Shown here in pieces: positions 10,152 to 18,383 of a stretch of DNA of 64,000 nt. The translations under genes and the position numbers were made by a program. The stretch lies in the NCBI GenBank assembly GCA_000002435.2, contig CM018792.1. One strand, 5' to 3'. The notes beneath the pieces were generated by a model. That model saw only the letters and a program-made list of their open reading frames with translations, was not told where the DNA came from and did not search any database. Position 1 is the stretch's first letter. Each line of letters opens with the position of its first letter. Source of the stretch: Giardia intestinalis. Its lineage: Eukaryota.

Positions 10152-10931
10152 TCAAATAATGTCTGAAAGGTCATCGTCAAAGTCACGGGTAGTAGCTCTG
10201 CTTTTATAGGTACCAGCATAATCTTCTGACGGCTCTATGCGTCGATTTGTGGAAGTTAGTAAATCGTCCGCCAAATCCTGTAGTACCTTAGCAGACTGAA
10301 GATTGGTGTTCTGCTCATGCTCTCTTTGGAGGACTCCACCATCCAATGCAAGCCCATGATACCTTCTCAATGAAGGATTGGGTAATTTACCGGCGGCACT
10401 TTTGGTCGTGCTAGCTATAGACCCTAGTGGAATAGTATCCAGGGAGATGGACTGCAGCACAGTAGCAGCGCCGGTCTTCTTGACAGGGGTGATAAATAAG
10501 GGCCTTCGGGATACTACAGAAGGTGTCACGACTGGCTGTGAGGACTTGTCGACGGCGTCAGTGTTTGTAACCGCAGGTGCATTAGTCACTGGCGGGCGTG
10601 TTAGCTTCTTGAATATGCTGACAGAAGGAGGTTTGGGGGGTTCAGATGCTTCAATAGGAGGAATGGAAGAAATAGCTTGGCTTTCAGTTCTTTCGGTTAA
10701 GCTACTCTCGGCGACGCTATCTTGCAGGGTAGGAGTAGCTGTAGGGGGTTTCCTAGTTACTCGCTTAAATATATCTCCCTTTCGCGGCGGCTCTTCTTCG
10801 GTTGTGCTGTGCATCAGTGGAGATGGTTTGTCATTTCCCAAGGGTCCGTCATCATGCCCACTGACAACGGATCGCGGAAGGGAGAAATTGGAATCGGTAA
10901 ATGGAGGCTTTACCCCAGAGCTTTGAGCCAT
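10152..10931 (-). CDS. hypothetical low-complexity (Pro/Ser/Thr-rich, probably disordered) protein (259 aa)
   Basis: ORF with an ATG start. Its stop TGA at 10152-10154 is in frame with, and only 15 nt upstream of, the ATG of ORF 8958-10136. Confidence 0.45.
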   Translation of the reverse strand: MAQSSGVKPPFTDSNFSLPRSVVSGHDDGPLGNDKPSPLMHSTTEEEPPRKGDIFKRVTRKPPTATPTLQDSVAESSLTERTESQAISSIPPIEASEPPKPPSVSIFKKLTRPPVTNAPAVTNTDAVDKSSQPVVTPSVVSRRPLFITPVKKTGAATVLQSISLDTIPLGSIASTTKSAAGKLPNPSLRRYHGLALDGGVLQREHEQNTNLQSAKVLQDLADDLLTSTNRRIEPSEDYAGTYKSRATTRDFDDDLSDII

Positions 10932-10938
10932 AGAAAAA

Positions 10939-11868
10939 ATGGGCAGAAGATCTCATTCCGACCGCAACCTGTTAAAGCATAAAAGGAGAGCGGAGAAGGA
11001 TTCAAATGGCAACGGCTTAGAACACGATGCTATTACTATTGATGCTGCCATCGAGAAGCCTTCAATCCGAGCTGTATGCAAAGAAATGGCACCAGCTGAT
11101 TCAGAATCCACTTTGAAATACGCTCTAGCAGAGTTGATACGCAAACCAGCTTCTCAGGAAGGCTGTGCTAATTCGTCTTTCACGTCTATTACTCAGAGCA
11201 AATTTGCGAGGACTTTGACATTGGAACATGAGACTACCAGGGCCTCAGTAAAGAGGGAGCAGCGGGAGTGCCTTGGCTACGTCAAGTGCACTTATAGTCG
11301 ACGGAATGTGGCGGCAATAACTGCAGACGATCTGACGGCAGCAGACCCCATGTTAAATGTCATTCACATTTTACACCATAACTGTGTACCAGTGCCAGTT
11401 CACTGGCGGCTACGCAATGGCAGATTCTTGTCCGAGCATGTGCCCAAGTACACAGTCGCTTCGAAACATCAAAACGTGTACCAGATACCTCTATTTGCAG
11501 CAAAGCTCTATAACCCAAAGGATATCTATGCGAGATTCCAGAGGTCGAGCAGAGAAAGTAAGCAGTACAGTGCTTCACAGACTGTTGTCATAACCTATGA
11601 GCATCGTACCAATTGGGTAACTATACCGCTTCTCTCACATGGAGACCTTTACCAAGAAGCGCGCAGCAGTATAATTGGTCGTTCCGCATACTCTCCAGGC
11701 ACCATGTCTGATGAGTTACGTGAAGCATTGAACATGCAGCCAAATGATCCACCTCCGTGGCTAGCCCGTCAAAGCCTATTGCTTAAACCTTCATGGCTCC
11801 AGGATATCTCCATCGCAGCGCTGAACGTATCTGCTCCTAAGCAGGAGACACCTCTGCTGCGCTTCTGA
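10939..11868 (+). CDS. splicing factor 3b subunit 2 (SF3b145/Cus1)-like protein, DUF382 + PSP domains
   Basis: DLTAADPMLNVIHILHHNCVPVPVHW matches the DUF382 core DVTAADPKLLVHLKATRNTVPVPRHW. TIPLLSHGDLYQE matches LTIHGDLYYEGKE. GTMSDELREALNMQPNDPPPWL matches the PSP-domain signature GDLSDELRxALGM...PPPWL of SF3B2/Cus1. Confidence 0.7.
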   Translation: MGRRSHSDRNLLKHKRRAEKDSNGNGLEHDAITIDAAIEKPSIRAVCKEMAPADSESTLKYALAELIRKPASQEGCANSSFTSITQSKFARTLTLEHETTRASVKREQRECLGYVKCTYSRRNVAAITADDLTAADPMLNVIHILHHNCVPVPVHWRLRNGRFLSEHVPKYTVASKHQNVYQIPLFAAKLYNPKDIYARFQRSSRESKQYSASQTVVITYEHRTNWVTIPLLSHGDLYQEARSSIIGRSAYSPGTMSDELREALNMQPNDPPPWLARQSLLLKPSWLQDISIAALNVSAPKQETPLLRF

Positions 11869-11933
11869 TCATCATCTCAATAAAGATCAGCCACTCTATC
11901 AACCTAGCACGGGTTGTTCTTCTCCAAGAAAAA

Positions 11934-12182
11934 ATGAAACGGGATGAAGTGCGAAAGAAACTCATGGAGCTTGATATTCGAAAGAAAGAGATCGAGGCGG
12001 AAGCAAAAAGCTATCAGGAGGTGCTGAACGCATACCCGAAGGTGCTGGACGATGAAGGCTTTCCCCTTCCTAACGTCCCCCATGAGCTTGTCGCCAATGC
12101 TAAGCATAAGCTTGTATGTCTCAAGACAGATTACAAGAATATAATGAACGAGATAGAAAGTTATCTGCCCTATGCGTTTTAG
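11934..12182 (+). CDS. Nas2/PSMD9 N-terminal-domain-like mini-protein (82 aa), no PDZ domain
   Basis: VRKKLMELDIRKKEIEAEAKSYQEVLNAYPKVLDDEGFPLPNVPHELVANAKHKLVCLKTDYKNIMNEIESYL aligns with human PSMD9 [25 protein letters not shown]...[42 protein letters not shown]. The ORF ends after this helical domain. Confidence 0.5.
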   Translation: MKRDEVRKKLMELDIRKKEIEAEAKSYQEVLNAYPKVLDDEGFPLPNVPHELVANAKHKLVCLKTDYKNIMNEIESYLPYAF

Positions 12183-12206
12183 CGTGATATGATGCTATCA
12201 CATAAA

Positions 12207-12212
12207 AGTAAA
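12207..12212 (+). terminator. putative poly(A) signal AGTAAA, 25 nt after the 11934-12182 stop and 8 nt before the next gene's ATG
   Basis: AAAAGTAAATCAAAAAATG: signal and downstream initiator overlap. Confidence 0.45.
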
Positions 12213-12219
12213 TCAAAAA

Positions 12220-13872
12220 ATGGCTGTACTTTCTCTTCTAATTGGTCTAGGTTGCGTGGCTCTAACATGGCTTCTTTTCGTCTCTGTCTTGCGGCGGAGC
12301 TCTCCAAGTACACTTCTGCGCCTCAAAGAGTCTGGAGTTAGTGTCACACATAATGGGTTTTCTAAAGCATTTTATTTCAAGTCTATACCTCAGTATAATC
12401 TAACGTTAAGCGTATCACCAGCCAGTGAGAGTGCCTCCAAAAAGAAAGCACGTGCTCTCCAAATCATAAGCACATTGTCAGTCGTACTGGGGACTGCATT
12501 CAGTATTCTGAGCATTGCTGTTATCATCTGGTCCATTTGGTCGTCCTTCAACAAAAAAGAAGTTCCCTACACCCTCACAGTACCGCACTCTAACGTGCTG
12601 ACAGTGTTCCTTTGCCTCTGCAGCGCCGTCCTCTTTCATGAGATGGGGCATCTGCTACTTATGTACAGCACCAAGACACCCATTCGTGGGTTTGAGGTTG
12701 GGATACGGTACTTCATTCCCTTCGTTACAATCTTTGGGGCTTTAAATTCACCTGGATCCGCTTCTGACTCTCAAAAGGAAACCATTAACGCTATAGGCGG
12801 TATTCTCGGAAACATATCCACCTCGTTAATAGCTCTCGCTATAGCATATCTTGTTTCTTACCGAACACGCACCTCAGTTTCTTCCACCTCCCTGTTTGTT
12901 TACTTGGGAGAGGACCCCCACGACATTAGTCCCTATTCACTAGTTCAGTCCGTAGGAAGTACACCAATACACAGCCCAATGGATCTAGATCGTGCCCTCC
13001 GGACGATTGAGGCGCAGTATACCGGAGATTATGGAGCTATTGAGCTCTTGGTGGACAACAAAAACACCTTCTCGTTGGCCGCCGGAATCAGGCAATCGGT
13101 TCAGGCGCAGCTAGCATACCAGAAGAGTGGTGCCCTTGCAGGTGTGGCTGATCTCTGGCCACCATACTCATCATCACAAAGCCTAGGAGGCATACAGATA
13201 CCGTACACAGCTTTGGAAAATATGGAGCCACTACAATGCCACATCCCACAAGATGGGGTCCCAATACTTCTATCCCACTATCACGTGCTTTCAGCGTCTC
13301 ACCTGCTTGTTCTATCTCCCTATGTTATGAACACTTCTCTCCTTTCAACCTTTCTCTCTAGCGACCAGTCCAGCCTCTGTCATTACAGCACAGCAGACTA
13401 TGTCTGCATGTATCCATATTTCTTCGCCAATGACACCCTTAGCGCCAGTGGAAACGGCGTCTATGCACGTTCGATAGTTAATGGTGTTCAGCAAATGATA
13501 CCACTACCAGTTTCTGGCAGTCACCAGACTCTCACCCTCGAAGGGTGGAAAAAGCAATATCAGAGGCAGTTTGTCGCTGTTCCAACGTCTCTAGTGGGCA
13601 CAGCTTCTGATGCCAAAGAGTTGGAGGTAGCGGTTCAACGGATACGAAGAACAAACAAGTTCACCTTTATCGTCCAGATCTTCACAGAAACGAGTGCCGG
13701 CATGGCTATCTTAGCATCACTGGGATTTCCGTTCGGTAGCGACGGCCAACACCTTCTGCGCAACGTCCTACGGAATAAGTCGACTCAAGCAATCGTCCAG
13801 TCAGCCTTTTGGGCGTCCTCGCTGACGCTGTGTTGTTTTCTGGGGCTGAGCACAATATACTCCCTATTCTAA
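12220..13872 (+). CDS. site-2 protease-like (peptidase M50) intramembrane zinc metalloprotease
   Basis: Hydrophobic N-terminus and several TM segments. LFHEMGHLLLMYSTKTPIRGFEVGIRYFIPFVTIFGAL matches the M50 signature HExGHxx...G...(F/I)xPF..(F/I)G (compare RseP [24 protein letters not shown]). The C-terminal ASLGFPFGSDGQHLL resembles the M50 NxxPxxxLDGG motif. Confidence 0.6.
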   Translation: MAVLSLLIGLGCVALTWLLFVSVLRRSSPSTLLRLKESGVSVTHNGFSKAFYFKSIPQYNLTLSVSPASESASKKKARALQIISTLSVVLGTAFSILSIAVIIWSIWSSFNKKEVPYTLTVPHSNVLTVFLCLCSAVLFHEMGHLLLMYSTKTPIRGFEVGIRYFIPFVTIFGALNSPGSASDSQKETINAIGGILGNISTSLIALAIAYLVSYRTRTSVSSTSLFVYLGEDPHDISPYSLVQSVGSTPIHSPMDLDRALRTIEAQYTGDYGAIELLVDNKNTFSLAAGIRQSVQAQLAYQKSGALAGVADLWPPYSSSQSLGGIQIPYTALENMEPLQCHIPQDGVPILLSHYHVLSASHLLVLSPYVMNTSLLSTFLSSDQSSLCHYSTADYVCMYPYFFANDTLSASGNGVYARSIVNGVQQMIPLPVSGSHQTLTLEGWKKQYQRQFVAVPTSLVGTASDAKELEVAVQRIRRTNKFTFIVQIFTETSAGMAILASLGFPFGSDGQHLLRNVLRNKSTQAIVQSAFWASSLTLCCFLGLSTIYSLF

Positions 13873-14021
13873 TGTTTGCTGGCTACGCTTTGACCTTCAG
13901 TTGAAGTATTGAAATGTAACTAACAGGCACTTGTAAGTGCCTTCATACGGTATATGTACTACATAGATGGCAACCACTGTGACAGAGTAGGACAAGTAAA
14001 TCTTGGATAAATCAAAAAAGG

Positions 14022-17000
14022 ATGAAGCTGCGATATTATCGCCACGTCCGAGACTTCGATTTCCGGATACCAGAGACTATATTTGACAAGGATCCAGTAA
14101 GCCTTATCTTTCTCATTATTAATTTGGTGGATTTCTGTCTCTTTTATGTGTTGCGTGAGCTTCATCCTGATTCCCCGCTTCTAATGTATTTTCTATGGAT
14201 TCCGTTACAAATTCTTATCACCTACGATGCAATCAACTTTACTATCCAGTGCACTCGGTATCACATACGGTTTTTGACGTGGTATTATATTATGTGGACT
14301 GTCTCTAGGATTTCCGCTGTGGTTTCAGTTATAGTGGTGCCCTTCATTCTCAGGGCTGGGGTAAGCCAATTATACCACTATCACATGGGCAGTTTCAGCA
14401 TATATCGAGGGCTGCTTCCCAGTCTCGGTCCAATCTTTCGCATGAAGGAGAGTCATACCCGTTGGGTTAAGGAATATTATATCCCCGACTTTGTCAAGTC
14501 CATAATCCGCATATCGTACTCAGTCGTTGCCTTCATATTTTGCTATGCTGGGCTTTTCCAAATTTTCAACTTTCCCCTTGGGACGTTCTCAATAAGCACA
14601 ATTGATGCAGTTTATTATACTATGGTTAGCATTGCCAGCATAGGCTACGGTGACATCTATCCGACAAATAACTTTTCAAAGGTGGTGCTCTGTCTCTACA
14701 TAATAGCCTTCCTGGGAAACCTGCCTATCTTTGTTAGGAATAGCACAGAAGAGCTGCACGTTACTCGGCTACTACACAAACTAAGGTCAGCCTGCAAAAA
14801 TGGAATTACTATTATTTCCGATCAAAACATATCGTTTGTCTTTCTCCTCAGGCTTATCTTGCCGGCAAATATTCACATTGGCCTGATAGACGTCACTGAA
14901 GACGAGAATCCTCACTTACGCAACACCTGCTACAGCTTCAATAACGTAGGCTACATCAATCTGAACACGTGCGGGGAGAATACAGCAAGGCGGGCGCTAG
15001 ACTATGAATTCCTGGTCAACAGCCTGGTGGGTAGAAGCAGAAAGATTGTCGTGCTGTCTCCAGTGTCATCTTCAACCATGGCGGACAGCACCTGTCTGGC
15101 TATGGCACTCAATTGTGGCAGAGTTGCAAAAGTGGATACACAGTTAATTGTGATGACCCGGGAGGGTGGACGTTCCCAGACACTGCAGTCACACATTGGC
15201 GCCTACCACGAGAATTGCTACATAGTGGATATGACCGACTTTAGTGCAAAGATACTTGTTTTGGCGATACTGTTCCCGGGGTTTGCTACCTTCTTCTTCA
15301 ACATCATGCTCCCCCCTCATGTCTCTTTACATAAACTTGAGAATCGAACGGCAGATTTCTATAATGAAAGAGTAAGGAGAGTGAGAATCCGCACGCGTCT
15401 CCTTTTGGCAAACGCACGAGCAAAGGGTAAGAAGCATCAAAGTGGTAGACGATCCAAGCTATACTGCAAGTCCAGATCAGACGATGTTTTCCCGTCCAGC
15501 TCTCTACCTGGCATGCAGGGGCTTGAGTTCAATAATAGTGCACAGAATACGCTCGATGCAAACCAGCACATGTACTCTTCTCATGTGCGCTTCACGGATC
15601 TGAAAAAGCGATATACCATGGACCTGTCTAGCAGCTCGACCATGTCCTTGTACAAGGAGTACTATCCATGGGGAGTCAATAATAAAGATAGTGATGTGCA
15701 GGATAAAAAGTCGTATGTTCCGAAGGCGTACTCAATAGCTGCACTTAGAGACAAACCAACTGGCCTTGTGAAGAGCCCCTCGTTGCCAGAAATTCCATAT
15801 GACAACAACGCAATCGCTATAGCAGTCTCGACACCCAATCTTGGCACCGTTCTCCCCGTGCCCATCACCCTGGAGACCATGCAAACAGCCTGTGCTGACT
15901 ATTTCGGTAAAGAGAGCCAGCAACAGAGCACATCTTTCTCTAATGTGTCGTCTGTTCCATCTATTGATAATATAGCTGCCCTAGAGACTCGCTACTCGAG
16001 GCGTTCCTTTCAAGCAGGGCGGACAAAGGAGCCCCGTTTACAATTCGAAGCAGCTCTAACCCAGTTTATATCGAAAATAACCAAGTTCCCCACTCTTGAG
16101 TTTCTACGATCCACCATTGACATTCCCGTTTTTGATTTCCATCCCGGCCTGGTGCACGACAATAAGTGGCGTGCATGGCTTTCCTTTGAGCAAAACAAGC
16201 AGGTACACCTATTTCTTCCTGCCATGGTCGCTGCCACTGAGCCGCTGGACACAAGCACGACATTTAGCTCAAAATCCAATAACTATCCATCTAAATCAAA
16301 GTACTTGCGCAAGAGCTCTATCGACCTGGAAACTATGGTGCGCAATTGTGGGGCGGATACCACTAGTGACCGCTTCCGACCCCTTGCTGTAATAATTAAC
16401 AAGCGTGTTCTTCAGCGTAAAGAAGATGATTGCCTCAACTATGAGGATACATTTGTCAAGAAGTGGCGCTTCACTAATCAGCTTTTTAAGTTCGACATTT
16501 GCTGCAATCTGCACGAAGGACTCACGATGGACAAGCCTGATCTGCTGGGCATTACTAAGCGGTTTCCGATTTATGAAGTCAAGCACAACAATGAGCAAAT
16601 ATGGAGCAAAACTTCTAAGATGACATCCGCAAGTAAGGCCATATACTCTCTCAAGCAGCTATCTGCACACCTCCCCATTGCTGAGCAACCCAGTGAGTTT
16701 CTAGGCGATATGTCCAGTATGCTATCATTGTCAAAGATTGACGAGCTGTCCATGCAAAGTGCCCAGACCAATATCCTTTCACCGCCTACGTTACTGAATA
16801 GAGTCTCTCTGAACGCCATGTCACGGGCTTACTCTCCTGATGCAGAGTCTTCAAAACAAATACCACCTATAGACAATTCACTTGAACAAGCGATAGCTCC
16901 GCCAGAAAACCCTGTGAACCCAGTATCTAATACCACAGGCCTGAAAAGCATTCTGGGGAAGAAAATCTCAACCCTAATGAGTGAGTACATTGGGGTACTG

Positions 17001-18272
17001 AATCCACAATTTGACGATTTTGTAATAACTAGCACAATAATGAATCATACACTATCCTTGGGTGCACTGCAGCAGGTTAAGCTATCGGCCAGGAACGTCA
17101 GCTCACTTGGACTTATTATATTAAATGACCTAGATCCAAAGCTTTTTTATGCAACAATGTTTATGCTCATGGATCTTCAGAAGATAGATAGCATGGTGCT
17201 AGTGTTTGACTGTGTGAGCGACGAGATGATAACTAAATACCGGGGCATGTTGTACAAAATGGCATCTAAATTGGTTGAGCGTGTACGCTGCTCCATGCCC
17301 AAGAAGCAGACTCTTTGTAGGGCACCATTCCTTGAGCAAGCATATTCTAGCAGGGCTGTGCTGTCCATGCCGTACCGTCAAGCCTCCGTCGCCCATGTCA
17401 ATCCAACCGCTGAGCACAACCTCGATTCATCTGGTACCATGAAGCTTGACATGTGCTTCGGAGATGAACAGATGAGCTCGTCTCAGGAACACGAGATAGA
17501 TGCTGAGTGTGTGGGACACTCGCAGACTCTGTCACGTGAGCTTTATGTTGTTAACCAAGAGGATACGATCTTGACGTATGCCTTACCCAGTGAAGACAAG
17601 GACGGCTACCTCAGCGAAGGGAAGTCAAAGACTTTCACCATCAAAATGTTCGCCATTGACTCAACAATCCCCGAAGAATTGACTGACATAGGATTTGCAG
17701 ATCTCGACAGGGCCATGATCGTGAACCCGCTCGACAACTCGGTGGCAACAGAGGGTCATCTGCTCCTTACAAAGTCTGCATGTGAGATGATAGGCCATAC
17801 GGACGTGATTGTCTACTCCTTAGACGTATATAATACGCTAATGCTTCACGATCTTGGATTTGGTGACAACTATCGATCCGGATCCTTCATTCCGAGCATC
17901 GAGGCCATCCTCACAGGCACATTTATTCAGTACTCTGAGAATGCACTGACGGCGCTAATGCTTATGAACAAAATTTACGCTTACAAAGATTCCGTCATTG
18001 TCTACCAAGTGTTATTCGACGATCGTACACATACGCATACAATATTTGCCAGTACGCGGGGAGCGAATACCCTCAACAATATCAAGAATAGACGCTTTTC
18101 CCAGCGAGTGTTGACTGTGGAGGCCCTCCAGAGCTTTCTTGGCGGATGCGGACTGGAGGTCCTCTACTACAGCATATGCGGATGCATCCTTGTTGCACCG
18201 GAGCCTAGCTTGTTTGTCGAGCACAAAGACTTCATTGTAGCATATAGCGTTGATTTATTTAAACAATTTTGA
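14022..18272 (+). CDS. potassium channel alpha subunit with a very long cytoplasmic C-terminal region (possibly BK/Slo-like)
   Basis: N-terminal ~240 aa have multiple TM helices and the pore loop TIDAVYYTMVSIASIGYGDIYPTN (K+ selectivity filter xxGYGD), followed by an S6-like helix KVVLCLYIIAFLGNLPIF. About 1150 aa of soluble sequence follow with no domain I could name. Confidence 0.6.
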   Translation: MKLRYYRHVRDFDFRIPETIFDKDPVSLIFLIINLVDFCLFYVLRELHPDSPLLMYFLWIPLQILITYDAINFTIQCTRYHIRFLTWYYIMWTVSRISAVVSVIVVPFILRAGVSQLYHYHMGSFSIYRGLLPSLGPIFRMKESHTRWVKEYYIPDFVKSIIRISYSVVAFIFCYAGLFQIFNFPLGTFSISTIDAVYYTMVSIASIGYGDIYPTNNFSKVVLCLYIIAFLGNLPIFVRNSTEELHVTRLLHKLRSACKNGITIISDQNISFVFLLRLILPANIHIGLIDVTEDENPHLRNTCYSFNNVGYINLNTCGENTARRALDYEFLVNSLVGRSRKIVVLSPVSSSTMADSTCLAMALNCGRVAKVDTQLIVMTREGGRSQTLQSHIGAYHENCYIVDMTDFSAKILVLAILFPGFATFFFNIMLPPHVSLHKLENRTADFYNERVRRVRIRTRLLLANARAKGKKHQSGRRSKLYCKSRSDDVFPSSSLPGMQGLEFNNSAQNTLDANQHMYSSHVRFTDLKKRYTMDLSSSSTMSLYKEYYPWGVNNKDSDVQDKKSYVPKAYSIAALRDKPTGLVKSPSLPEIPYDNNAIAIAVSTPNLGTVLPVPITLETMQTACADYFGKESQQQSTSFSNVSSVPSIDNIAALETRYSRRSFQAGRTKEPRLQFEAALTQFISKITKFPTLEFLRSTIDIPVFDFHPGLVHDNKWRAWLSFEQNKQVHLFLPAMVAATEPLDTSTTFSSKSNNYPSKSKYLRKSSIDLETMVRNCGADTTSDRFRPLAVIINKRVLQRKEDDCLNYEDTFVKKWRFTNQLFKFDICCNLHEGLTMDKPDLLGITKRFPIYEVKHNNEQIWSKTSKMTSASKAIYSLKQLSAHLPIAEQPSEFLGDMSSMLSLSKIDELSMQSAQTNILSPPTLLNRVSLNAMSRAYSPDAESSKQIPPIDNSLEQAIAPPENPVNPVSNTTGLKSILGKKISTLMSEYIGVLNPQFDDFVITSTIMNHTLSLGALQQVKLSARNVSSLGLIILNDLDPKLFYATMFMLMDLQKIDSMVLVFDCVSDEMITKYRGMLYKMASKLVERVRCSMPKKQTLCRAPFLEQAYSSRAVLSMPYRQASVAHVNPTAEHNLDSSGTMKLDMCFGDEQMSSSQEHEIDAECVGHSQTLSRELYVVNQEDTILTYALPSEDKDGYLSEGKSKTFTIKMFAIDSTIPEELTDIGFADLDRAMIVNPLDNSVATEGHLLLTKSACEMIGHTDVIVYSLDVYNTLMLHDLGFGDNYRSGSFIPSIEAILTGTFIQYSENALTALMLMNKIYAYKDSVIVYQVLFDDRTHTHTIFASTRGANTLNNIKNRRFSQRVLTVEALQSFLGGCGLEVLYYSICGCILVAPEPSLFVEHKDFIVAYSVDLFKQF

Positions 18273-18383
18273 ACAAGACTTCCCGAATTAGAACTTCAAA
18301 TTAGACTTCTCGATTAGCACATCGACCATACGGCTTTTGATACTGTAAGATTTGGGCTTAGAAGAAGAGACCTAGCGTTATCT

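Noticed and set aside
10378-10926. 182-aa plus-strand ORF antisense to the 10152-10931 gene
   Set aside because: Gly/Ser-rich antisense translation of a Pro/Ser-rich gene; no start context.
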